Part shown: one piece after another, positions 38,844 through 47,679 of the stretch
Layout: each line of letters begins with the position of its first letter
Numbering within the stretch: the first letter of the stretch is position 1
NCBI GenBank assembly: GCA_965226495.1
Contig: OZ245365.1
Span: 5,568,001 to 5,632,000, forward strand
Direction: 5' to 3'
Source of the DNA: Candidatus Marinacidobacterales bacterium
GTDB lineage: Bacteria; Acidobacteriota; Vicinamibacteria; Marinacidobacterales; DATDRI01
Length of the DNA stretch: 64,000 nt
Made by a program: the position numbers and the translations under genes
Notes under the pieces: model-generated
The model's database searches: none
What the model was told of the DNA's origin: nothing
The model's input: only the letters and a program-made list of their open reading frames with translations

Positions 38844-40226
38844 ATGAACCGAATCCGACTCAAGTCACAGTCCGTTCTCGCCTTCCTCTTAGGCATCGGT
38901 TTCGCCAACCTCGCACCGGCACAAGATGCCCATTATTGGACGGATCAGTTCGGTAACCGCGCACGGCTTCTAGGCGGTGCGGTTGTCGGCAGCGTGAGAG
39001 ATCTCAGTGCCACCTACTACAACCCGGGGAGCTTGGCCTTGGTGCCGACTGCCGAGCTTCTTCTGGCCGGCAACGTCCTCAGCTACACACGTTACGACGC
39101 GACGACGGGTCCCCAACAGCAGAAGCTGTCCTCTTCGACCTTTGGCCTGAGCCCCTCGTTGTTCGCGGGTGAGGTTCCGAAAAAAGTCGTGGGCGACAAC
39201 CGACTCGCCTACTCTTTCATGACCCGCCAGGAAACCGAATTCCGACTGCAGGGTCGAGGCAGCCTTAGTGGATCCGATTTCGATGTCCCTAACCTCAATG
39301 TTGTCGCCGACAATCTCCAGGTCGAGCAGGACATGAGCGAGCATTGGTTCGGAGTTAGTTATTCGAGAAGGGCCACTGCACACGTGGGCGTCGGGGTCAC
39401 GACCTATCTCGCGGTTCGCAATCAGGCGATGCAAACCCTGAACTTCGCAACCGCACTCGGGAACGGAAACCGCGCGGGGGTTGCCATCCAGAACCGTCAG
39501 TTCAAATACCAAAACTGGGCCTTGCTCTGGAAGATCGGTGTTGCGACCCAGTTCGAAGGTTGGGACCTAGGCGCCACCGTGACAACACCAAGAGTAGGAT
39601 TCGCGGGAAGCGGCGGCACCGGGTACGACTCGACGGCGGTCGGTCAGGACATCAACCAGAGCGGCGACGCCCTGACCGAGGTTGCAACCAACACTCAGAC
39701 GGGTATCTCCTCGGACTACGAGACCCCGTTCTCGATCGCCGTCGGGGGTGCCTACCGTATAGGCGCTACGAAACTGCACGTGACCGGTGAATGGTTCGCT
39801 CCGATCGACGAGTTCGTGGTACTCGCCAGCCAGCCGTTCGTCGGACAGACCTCGGGTGAGCTCATAGACACGCAAGTAACGCGCTCCCTGACGGACGTTT
39901 TCAACGTTGCGGTGGGTGTCGAGCATGAGCTCAGCGAGAAGACGACGGTGTATGGAAGCTTCCGCACCGACTACAGCGGCGTCGATCCGGACTCCGCGGC
40001 TTCCGTGCCGGTCGCGGACTGGGATATCTACCACATCGCCGGTGGCGCGACGCTGAACGTCGGACGCTCCGAGTTCACCGTCGGAGCTATTTTGGCGAGA
40101 GGCGACTCTACCGCGAGTCGAATATTTGATCCGATCGGGGAAACCTCGCTACCTGGTCAAAATGAGGCCACGCTCGAGTACTTTAGGCTCTCCTTCATCC
40201 TCGGCTTTAACTTCGCATTTAACTGA
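38844..40226 (+). CDS. Outer-membrane beta-barrel protein (FadL/OmpP1-like)
   Basis: Signal peptide, LGGA...D.SATYYNPG.LA, alternating beta-strands and a C-terminal Phe. Confidence 0.75.
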   Translation: MNRIRLKSQSVLAFLLGIGFANLAPAQDAHYWTDQFGNRARLLGGAVVGSVRDLSATYYNPGSLALVPTAELLLAGNVLSYTRYDATTGPQQQKLSSSTFGLSPSLFAGEVPKKVVGDNRLAYSFMTRQETEFRLQGRGSLSGSDFDVPNLNVVADNLQVEQDMSEHWFGVSYSRRATAHVGVGVTTYLAVRNQAMQTLNFATALGNGNRAGVAIQNRQFKYQNWALLWKIGVATQFEGWDLGATVTTPRVGFAGSGGTGYDSTAVGQDINQSGDALTEVATNTQTGISSDYETPFSIAVGGAYRIGATKLHVTGEWFAPIDEFVVLASQPFVGQTSGELIDTQVTRSLTDVFNVAVGVEHELSEKTTVYGSFRTDYSGVDPDSAASVPVADWDIYHIAGGATLNVGRSEFTVGAILARGDSTASRIFDPIGETSLPGQNEATLEYFRLSFILGFNFAFN

Positions 40227-40262
40227 TCCGTCGCAACGGTTCTCTGACGACCGGGAACGACC

Positions 40263-41405
40263 ATGCATTCGAGCTACCGTAAATCTCTGTTCATATTGCT
40301 CGGCCTACTTTTCTTTCTCTCCATCTATCTCATTCGAATTCGCGGAGATATGGTCGACTTCCGAGTGAACTACGAGGCGGGGAGTCGGTTCCTGCAAGGA
40401 GAAAGCCTCTACCGGACCGACGACGGTCACTTCATGTTCAAGTACCTTCCGTTCTCGGCGTTGCTGTACGCCCCCCTGTCTCTCCTGCCGCTCGAGCTCG
40501 CGAAGGCCATCTGGTACGTCGCGCTCGTTCTATGCGCGGTCGGCATTTTCTACTTGTCGTATAAGATGGCCTCCGCCAACCGGGAAGTGACGACCGCGAT
40601 GATCGTTTTTCCTCCTCTGATCCTCGCCAAGTTCTTCTTCCGGGAGATGAAGCTGGGTCAGATCAACATCATCGTGGCTTTGATCCTGCTGTTCATGGTG
40701 TGGTCATTGATTTCCAAACGGCCGGTGCGGTCGGGGTTTTTCTGGGGGCTGGCGACATCCCTAAAACCCTACGGCATGATCTTCTTTCCGTATTTTGTCG
40801 TGAAAAAGCAGTGGACTGCTTTGGCGAGCGGGGTAGGCGTCATTTTCTTCGCACTTCTGGTTCCCTCGGTCTTCTACGGTATCCGAGGAAACTTCCACTT
40901 GCTCCGTGAGTGGGCGTCGACCCTCTCTCAATCGACACCCACGCTTCTTACCACGCACGATAACATCTCCATCGTCGCGTTCTGGTCGAAGTGGACTCAC
41001 AACGCAGTCCTCTCAAGCCTTTCCTTATGGGTCGCTGGTGCGATGCTGGCTGGGCTCGCCGCTTTGGTTTTGACGATGATTTCGAAGGGCAAAAAACTGG
41101 AGGAGCCGGTCGCCCTCGAGTGCGGCCTTCTACTCATGCTCATCCCTCTTGTCTCTCCACTCGGTTGGGATTACCAACTGCTGATGTCGGTCCTCGCCGT
41201 CACCATCCTCGTGTATCATTTCTTCGACTACTCCCGACCCTGGAGAACCCTTCTTGTGGTCAATTTCTGTACCATTTCCCTTTCCATTTACGACGTGATG
41301 GGGCGAAGTCTCTACCAGTCGTTCATGGCTTGGTCGGTTCTCACCGTCAACTTTCTGATTCTGGCCGGCTATTTGGGCTACCTCCGGCTCAGAAAATATG
41401 CCTAG
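40263..41405 (+). CDS. GT87/DUF2029-like membrane glycosyltransferase (GT-C)
   Basis: DF.V.Y.AG...G.SLY, F.YLP, GQIN, KP, SPLGW; polytopic. Confidence 0.82.
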   Translation: MHSSYRKSLFILLGLLFFLSIYLIRIRGDMVDFRVNYEAGSRFLQGESLYRTDDGHFMFKYLPFSALLYAPLSLLPLELAKAIWYVALVLCAVGIFYLSYKMASANREVTTAMIVFPPLILAKFFFREMKLGQINIIVALILLFMVWSLISKRPVRSGFFWGLATSLKPYGMIFFPYFVVKKQWTALASGVGVIFFALLVPSVFYGIRGNFHLLREWASTLSQSTPTLLTTHDNISIVAFWSKWTHNAVLSSLSLWVAGAMLAGLAALVLTMISKGKKLEEPVALECGLLLMLIPLVSPLGWDYQLLMSVLAVTILVYHFFDYSRPWRTLLVVNFCTISLSIYDVMGRSLYQSFMAWSVLTVNFLILAGYLGYLRLRKYA

Positions 41406-41492
41406 ACATTCATCGACCGCCCTCATCGTTTGCGGAAATCCTCCCCGTCGAATAACATCTCGGCATCTTTGAAGATAGGAACTAGTGAGCTA

Positions 41493-42227
41493 ATGAGTGA
41501 AGAAACGACACAGTCAGTCGACGACCATGTGCTGGCCCTCGAGCGCGACGGTTACGCCGTCGTACCCGAGGCCCTAGATGCGGACCTTCTCGCCGACCTC
41601 GTAAGCACCGTCGAATCCGTAAAGGAGGGAGCCGGAGTCCGCTCCCGAAACGGAATCTACGCCATCCGAAATCTGCTGCATCTCGCGCCGGGCGTAAAGC
41701 GGGCCCTCGAGTCCACGGTCGTCAAGGGCATCGTTGAATCGACACTGGGAGCCAAGGCCTTCTTGGCGGGCGGGCTTTACTTCGACAAGCATCCGGACGC
41801 CAACTGGAAGGTCCCCTGGAACCAGGACTCCACCATCACTGTCCGAGAGAAGGCCGACGTGACCGGATTCGGCCCCTGGACAATGAAGGCGGGCATCCAG
41901 CATGTACAGGCTCCACCCTTCGTGCTCTACGATTTGCTCACCTTGAGACTCCACCTCGATGGTTGTGACGAAGGACAAGGCGCACTGCGCGTGATTCCGG
42001 CTTCTCACAACTTCGGAAGGCTACCAACCGATAGCATTCCCCAGTTCACGCGAGGCGCTCACGAGACTTGCTGCGTTCCGAAAGGTGGCCTGCTGGCCAT
42101 GAAGCCGCTCCTCCTTCGTTCTTCTCCCGCCTCGGTCAATGGCGGATATCGGCGAGTCATCCACTTGGGTTTCGGCGCACGTGCGCTGCCCGCTCCTTTG
42201 GAGTGGCACGAACAGTACCGCTGGTAG
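41493..42227 (+). CDS. Phytanoyl-CoA dioxygenase (PhyH) family protein lacking both iron-binding His
   Basis: DGYAVV, FDK..ANWKVPW[N]QD, RLHLD, GALRVIPASH, MKPLLL[R]SS, RRVIH. Confidence 0.75.
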   Translation: MSEETTQSVDDHVLALERDGYAVVPEALDADLLADLVSTVESVKEGAGVRSRNGIYAIRNLLHLAPGVKRALESTVVKGIVESTLGAKAFLAGGLYFDKHPDANWKVPWNQDSTITVREKADVTGFGPWTMKAGIQHVQAPPFVLYDLLTLRLHLDGCDEGQGALRVIPASHNFGRLPTDSIPQFTRGAHETCCVPKGGLLAMKPLLLRSSPASVNGGYRRVIHLGFGARALPAPLEWHEQYRW

Positions 42228-42267
42228 GTCCACGGTTCTAGTGCCCTAGCGCCGCGCACTCCGGTCC

Positions 42268-43359
42268 ATGGACCCCATCGCGCACACCCTCGTCGGAGCG
42301 GCGCTCGCTCAGACCGGGCTAGGGCGCAAGACCGCCTGTGGAACGGCCGCTCTAGTTATTGGCGCCAACCTACCCGACATCGACGGCTTATCGTTGCTCG
42401 CCGGGCTCGATCCTTCACTGCTCTTCCGCCGGGGTTGGACGCACGGCGTACTGGCGCTCGTCTTGCTCCCGTTGGTGCTCACGGGAGTCCTCGTTTTCTG
42501 GAATCGTTTGAAGACATTCCCATCCGACGGGCCGCCTCTTCGAACTGGCGTGCTCCTCAGCTTGTCCTACTTCGCGATCGCCACGCACTCAACCCTCGAC
42601 TGGCTGAACAACTACGGCATGCGTTGGCTCATGCCCTTCGAGGGTCGGTGGTACTACGGCGACACGCTTTTCATCACCGACCCTTGGATCTGGCTCATGC
42701 TGGGTGGTGCGGTCTTTCTATTCCGCTCGCGCCGCGTCGCGAGCCTAGCCGCTTGGGCGACTCTCGCTGGGCTCTGGCTGCTGCTTCTATTCGGCGTGCC
42801 GGAGCTGTGGTCGGCGAAGGTCCTTTGGTGCATCGGACTCATCGTCTTCATCGTGCTGCGCGTCTGGCGCGTCGGCAGCGGGGAACGTGCTGCGAATCGC
42901 CTCGCCGCCGGTGCTACCGCCATCGTCTTCTTGTATATCGTTGCCATGTACGGCACGGCGCGGTACGCCCGCTTGGCGACAGAGAAGGATCTCGCCGACC
43001 GCGGAGTTCAGGTGGAGAGGATCATGATGGGACCGGTGCCGGTTACGCCCTTCGTCAAAGACGTCGTCGCCCAAACGCCCGAAGGCTATCGGTACGGCAA
43101 GGCGCGGCTTTTTCCCCGATTCGAGCTCGAGTTGGCCCCCAAACCGCTCCCTCTGCTCGAGGAGTCACCAGTAGTACAAAAGGCAATCGCATCACCGAGC
43201 GTTCGTGGCTTCATGAACTGGGCTCGTTTTCCTTTCGCGGACGTCGAGGAAAGCACATCGGCCTTCACCGTCTACCTATTGGATGCCAGATACACGCGCT
43301 CGAGGACGCAGGGTTTCGGAACGGCTCGCGTCGAGCTCTCGAAAGACCAGCTCGAATGA
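42268..43359 (+). CDS. Membrane-bound metal-dependent hydrolase (YdjM/DUF457-like)
   Basis: MDPIAH, ANLPDID, RRGWTH, H..LD..N.YG, D.LFI.DP. Confidence 0.85.
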   Translation: MDPIAHTLVGAALAQTGLGRKTACGTAALVIGANLPDIDGLSLLAGLDPSLLFRRGWTHGVLALVLLPLVLTGVLVFWNRLKTFPSDGPPLRTGVLLSLSYFAIATHSTLDWLNNYGMRWLMPFEGRWYYGDTLFITDPWIWLMLGGAVFLFRSRRVASLAAWATLAGLWLLLLFGVPELWSAKVLWCIGLIVFIVLRVWRVGSGERAANRLAAGATAIVFLYIVAMYGTARYARLATEKDLADRGVQVERIMMGPVPVTPFVKDVVAQTPEGYRYGKARLFPRFELELAPKPLPLLEESPVVQKAIASPSVRGFMNWARFPFADVEESTSAFTVYLLDARYTRSRTQGFGTARVELSKDQLE

Positions 43360-43519
43360 AGCAGTAGCTCACAGGAGAAGCGAAACCCCGCTTCGTCCAC
43401 TCGCGAAATCCCTTGCGCTCGGCATTTCGACGCAGAGACCGAACCTCCTCCGACCGCCGTACGTTTTGTGGAATTTCGCCCCAATTTGCCGAACGGGGCT
43501 AGGCATTTAGGGGGTTTTT

Positions 43520-44803
43520 ATGGTAGAAACGGTCATGCCGCCAACCAAAAAAGCAGCTACTCGTCCATCTCGTAAACCTAAATCCAAGGCCCGGACCAAG
43601 AAAAAAGGCGTTAAGCGGAGGACCGCGACGAAACGCAAGGCAAAGGCCCCGGCCCGCAAGAAGGCCGTCAAGAAGGCGGTGAAGTCCAAGAAAAAGGCAA
43701 CGTCCAAGAAGGTGACAAAGCGCAAGAAGATCACCAAGAAGAAGGCCCGGAAAAGGAAAGGCAAGAAGAAGGCGACGGCGTCGAGCGGAGTACCTCAATA
43801 CCTACTTTCCGTCGACGTCGAGAACATTCGTTGCTTTGGACCGACGCAGACGCTGCAACTTTCCGGCGATCGATCAACCCCCTATGCCTGGACCGTGATT
43901 TTTGGCGACAACGGCGTAGGCAAGACGACACTCCTCCAGGCGGTCTGCAGCATCGCGTCGACGCTCCAGGACCGAAAGGAAGTGCCGTCGTTCATCCGAT
44001 ACAACTGGCAGCCTCAAAGACGGACTACCCAGACGGCTCAGGTTACGGCGCGGGTGCTTCTCCGTCCACGGGAGGCCGCCCCGTTTACCGTGCGTTACGC
44101 ACCGCAACGACGGCGGACCAGTCCCCCGCCGCGGTGGGATTTCGACCGTGATGGTGCGATGAACTACTGCGGCTACGGTGCGTCTCGCCGGCATGGGCAA
44201 GCCGCGGATTCCGGACGTAAGCCGCTGGAGTCGTCCGGGGACGAAAGCCTGTTCATCGACGACGCGCAGCTTCTCAACGCCGAAGAGTGGTTCGTACAAA
44301 TGAGCCACTTCGGCCCCGCCCGTCGCCAGCTTCGGGAAGCTCGCGCGGCAAAGAAAGTTCGCGACCTGCTCGCGTCCATCCTCCTCGACGTCTCCGACAT
44401 TCGCATCGCGTCGCGGCAAGGCCGCGCCGGCGTCGAGTTCAAGACACACTTCGGCTGGGTGCCCTTGAAAGGGCTCAGCATGGGCTACCGCACGCTTATC
44501 GCGTGGATCGTCGACTATGCCCGCCGCCTCTACGTCTTGAATCCGCGGAGCTCGAACCCCCTCGCGGCCCCCGCCGTCGTCTGTGTCGATGAAATCGATC
44601 TCCACTTGCACCAACGGTGGCAGCGTAATCTGATGACGTTCCTAACGGAGACCTTTCCGAAGACACAGTTCATCTGTACGGCACACAATCGTACCGTGGC
44701 ACAGGCCGTCCCCCGCGATGCCAACCTCGTTCTATTGCGGCGCAAAGGAGACCACGTCGAGATTCATAACCATGCTGCGGAACTCTTGGAAGGCGTACGT
44801 TGA
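43520..44803 (+). CDS. ABC-type (AAA_21/PtuA-like) ATPase with histone H1-like Lys-rich N-terminus
   Basis: VENIRCF, Walker A GDNGVGKT, YGASR, signature LSMGY, Walker B VDEIDLHLH..WQ, QFICTAH; a basic tail of about 80 aa precedes the ATPase in the same frame. Confidence 0.85.
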   Translation: MVETVMPPTKKAATRPSRKPKSKARTKKKGVKRRTATKRKAKAPARKKAVKKAVKSKKKATSKKVTKRKKITKKKARKRKGKKKATASSGVPQYLLSVDVENIRCFGPTQTLQLSGDRSTPYAWTVIFGDNGVGKTTLLQAVCSIASTLQDRKEVPSFIRYNWQPQRRTTQTAQVTARVLLRPREAAPFTVRYAPQRRRTSPPPRWDFDRDGAMNYCGYGASRRHGQAADSGRKPLESSGDESLFIDDAQLLNAEEWFVQMSHFGPARRQLREARAAKKVRDLLASILLDVSDIRIASRQGRAGVEFKTHFGWVPLKGLSMGYRTLIAWIVDYARRLYVLNPRSSNPLAAPAVVCVDEIDLHLHQRWQRNLMTFLTETFPKTQFICTAHNRTVAQAVPRDANLVLLRRKGDHVEIHNHAAELLEGVR

Positions 44804-44828
44804 TCGGGCTCGAAGTCGAAGACAAGTA

Positions 44829-44847
44829 GCCTGAACAATCGTTGGGC
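44829..44847 (-). other. Possible truncated attC half-site (R''-L'')
   Basis: Minus strand GCCCAAC-GATT-GTTCAGGC fits RYYYAAC plus an L''-like box; no matching right half found. Confidence 0.3.
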
Positions 44848-44961
44848 GGCCCTCCCACCTAGGCCTCGGGTCGCAAGAACGGCGCCACGTCTCTGCGTGG
44901 AACCGCAACTATCATCCCACCGGACCTCGCGAGAAGTAGGGCACGTTTACCGGATCGGATC

Positions 44962-45600
44962 TTAGGCGCTCCCTGTCGAAGTCGTCGCATTCGTTTGATC
45001 GATCGGCGACTCTGGCTCCCGAGGATCCTCAAGAGGAGGGCCTGATCGGCACAACGGACAATCGCTTGGTTTCCACAGGTCGAACCTGCGGCGATGCAGC
45101 GTCTCCACGGGTACGCCCTGATCGGCGAAGTGGATCAGGGCCGCGTCGCCAAGGACTAGGAGCGCACCGACGACAATGGTCGATGCACCTGCGGCTGCGA
45201 GGGCCACGGCAGTGGCTCGCGCGGACGACCCGGCGCTGATGACGTCGTCAACCACGGCGATCGATTGGCCGCGAACCAGCCGCTTCAACGCGCGCGGCAA
45301 CTGATACTCCGCGGTGAACAGTGAAGAGTCGCCAGGCGCGACGAGCTCTGTGTAACAGAAACGAGAGCCGAGTGACGTCGCGATGGCCTGAGCGAGAAAC
45401 GCGCCCCCGAGCAACGGTCCGCACACCGCCGCGGCCGCGTGAGGTCGCAGCCGGTCGGCCAGGGCGGCAACCAGGGGTGCGACAGTCGCCGGGTCGGCAA
45501 AGAGCCCGTCGAGCGTGAGCCAGATGTCGGAGTGGTAACCAGATTCCAGGAGAAAGTGACCCCGGCGAGCCGGCAACGCTTCCAAGATGTCTCCGGTCAT
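44962..45600 (-). CDS. Orotate phosphoribosyltransferase-like PRTase
   Basis: GHFLLESGYHS, GPLLGG and the PRPP-binding VVDDVISAGSS; C-terminal CPLC. Confidence 0.82.
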   Translation of the reverse strand: MTGDILEALPARRGHFLLESGYHSDIWLTLDGLFADPATVAPLVAALADRLRPHAAAAVCGPLLGGAFLAQAIATSLGSRFCYTELVAPGDSSLFTAEYQLPRALKRLVRGQSIAVVDDVISAGSSARATAVALAAAGASTIVVGALLVLGDAALIHFADQGVPVETLHRRRFDLWKPSDCPLCRSGPPLEDPREPESPIDQTNATTSTGSA

Positions 45601-45629
45601 CGCTCTCTCTGGTAGCCAGATGCTCCTAG

Positions 45630-46040
45630 TCAGTCCTTCTCACTGCTTATGAAACGATAGATGGCCGCGCCCAGCACAGCACCCACAATGGGGGCCACCC
45701 AGAAAAGCCACAACTGCGAAACAGCCCAATCGCCAACAAACACTGCTACGCCCGTGCTGCGTGCAGGATTCACGGAGGTATTCGTAACTGGAATACTGAT
45801 CAAGTGAATCAGTGTGAGCCCAAACCCAATTGCAATGGGCGCAAAACCTTGCGGTGCAAGCTTGTCGGTCGCACCGAGAATTATGAGCAAGAACATCAGG
45901 TCATGACAACTTCGGTGACCAGCGCTGCCAGCAAGGAGTATCCGCCCGGCGAATGTTCGCCATAGCCATTTGAAGCAAAACCCGCCGAAACTTCAAAGCC
46001 GGCCTTTCCACTGGCGATGAGTTGCACCATAACGCTTCAT
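45630..46040 (-). pseudogene. aqpZ: Aquaporin Z with large internal deletion and frameshift
   Basis: GGAGG RBS and MKRYGA join directly to LIASGKAGF...[15 protein letters not shown]...EVVMT, then GFAPIAIG...NTSVNPARS...LWLFWVAP. The first NPA half is missing and the DNA is visibly more AT-rich than the flanks. Confidence 0.88.
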
Positions 46041-46071
46041 GCTCTCCTCCCCTTGTTTGTCGATGAAGACC

Positions 46072-46090
46072 GCCTAACAGCCGGTTAGGG
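46072..46090 (-). other. attI-like integron simple site
   Basis: Minus strand CCCTAAC-CGGCT-GTTAGGC (L box, 5-bp spacer, GTTRRRY R box), 31 bp before the aqpZ ATG. Confidence 0.45.
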
Positions 46091-46293
46091 GCTGCGCAAG
46101 GGGTCGATGTCATCGACGTTTTGTTAGCTAGGTTACCGGTTGCTCAATCAACCGCCCATTTTCTTTTCGTAGCTGCGTCGGTATGCGGACAGCCTGTTTC
46201 GGTACAGGAAAAGGCTGACCCCGTACCCGATCCCGTCGAACACCAATGAGACAATTTGGAACCAAGCGGTAGCGAAACTTTGAAGGAAGGAAT

Positions 46294-46370
46294 TGGCGCG
46301 CCCTGGGCGATTCGAACACCCGACCTACTGATTCGTAGTCAGTCACTCTATCCAGCTGAGCTAAGGGCGC
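46294..46370 (-). tRNA. tRNA-Arg(ACG)
   Basis: GCGCCCT acceptor, TAGCTCAGCTGGATAGAG D arm, ACTGA-CTACGAA-TCAGT anticodon arm, GTTCGAAT T loop, encoded CCA; 77 nt. Confidence 0.97.
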
Positions 46371-46412
46371 GCCCTGGTGAGAACCGAATGCTAACAAAGG
46401 TTCCGCGGGTGA

Positions 46413-47339
46413 TCAAATCCCCACCGACGGCTCGCTCATTCCATCGGTAAGGTGGGCATGCGCCATGTGGGGTGTGTTGAAAGCAAATCCCAGACTTCCA
46501 TCGGGTGAAGTAATAATGATGCCACCTCGTCCGTCGGTGCGCATCTCGAGGAAACCGATGGCTCGGCGGGCAGCCTCCGGAGCGGGAACGCCGGAGCCCA
46601 AAAACTCTACGGCTCGCCGCGCCATCAACACGCGGATAATCCCTTCACCCCATCCCGTCGAGGTAGCGGCACCGAGCCGATCATCCGCATAAAGGCCGGA
46701 GCCGACGAGCGGGGAGTCTCCCACCCGACCGGGAAGCTTCAGGAGCGACCCCCCGGTGGAGCTTGCCGCGGCAAGATGCCCGTGCGAGTCCCGCGCCACG
46801 GCCCCCACGGTGTCGCCCGGCCCGAAGCTAATCGGATACTCCTTTTGCCTCTTCTGTTCACTAAGTTCCTTGGCCTTTTCCCAACGCGCGCGTTCACGTT
46901 CGACGATTAGAGTGGACGGCGCGCAGGTGGCAACTCCCTGAGAACGAGCGAACGCGACGGCGCCTGCTCCGACGAGGAAGACGTGAGGCGAACGATCCAT
47001 GACGCGCCTTGCCAATTCCAAAGGATGTTCGATGCCTTGTACTGCCGCCACCGCTCCGACCCCGAGGTTGGCCCCTTCCATGATCGCGGCGTCGAGCTCT
47101 ACTTCTCCAGCCTGGTTCAAAACCGCGCCGCGACCGGCGTTGAAAGTAGCATCATCCTCCATGAGTCGGACCGCTTCCCCCACCGCGTCCACCGAGGAGC
47201 CGCCACTCTCCAGCACTTCGAACCCCGCACGCGCTGCCCGGGCAACCCCTTCGCGATGTGGTTCTACCTCGTTTGCCGGAGTCGCCCATGCGCCTCCATG
47301 GACCAAGATGGCTCTTCTCGATGACACGTTGTTTCCCAT
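46413..47339 (-). CDS. iaaA: Isoaspartyl peptidase/L-asparaginase (Ntn hydrolase)
   Basis: VHGGA, FNAGRGA, ELDAAIM, DTVGAVA nucleophile Thr, STGG, GRVGDSP, TGWGE. Confidence 0.92.
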   Translation of the reverse strand: MGNNVSSRRAILVHGGAWATPANEVEPHREGVARAARAGFEVLESGGSSVDAVGEAVRLMEDDATFNAGRGAVLNQAGEVELDAAIMEGANLGVGAVAAVQGIEHPLELARRVMDRSPHVFLVGAGAVAFARSQGVATCAPSTLIVERERARWEKAKELSEQKRQKEYPISFGPGDTVGAVARDSHGHLAAASSTGGSLLKLPGRVGDSPLVGSGLYADDRLGAATSTGWGEGIIRVLMARRAVEFLGSGVPAPEAARRAIGFLEMRTDGRGGIIITSPDGSLGFAFNTPHMAHAHLTDGMSEPSVGI

Positions 47340-47416
47340 TTCGAGTTCGGGATTGTTGCCCAGCAGAAGGTCCCGGCGCAAGCCGAACCGCTGCCGGCAT
47401 CAGGAAAAGGAGGATG

Positions 47417-47491
47417 TGGTAGCGCTACGGGGAATCGAACCCCGGTTTGATGGCTGAGAACCACCCGTCCTAACCCCTAGACGATAGCGCC
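47417..47491 (-). tRNA. tRNA-Glu(CTC)
   Basis: GGCGCTA acceptor, GTCTAGGGGTTAGGAC D arm, GGTGG-TTCTCAG-CCATC anticodon arm, GGTTCGATTCC, encoded CCA; 75 nt. Confidence 0.96.
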
Positions 47492-47679
47492 ACCAAGGAA
47501 GCTCGGATGAGCCGAGCAATCGAGGCTAACACAGGGTGCGGACCACTGTCAAAATAACCGCATATCCGAGGTCTAAGTTGGTGAGGCCCTCTGACGTATG
47601 CTAAAATGTTCTGTAACTCCTGACAATTTAGTGGCTTTTTCCGTCCATCGAGGCGGTTTTCGAGCGAGAAAACCGGGCA

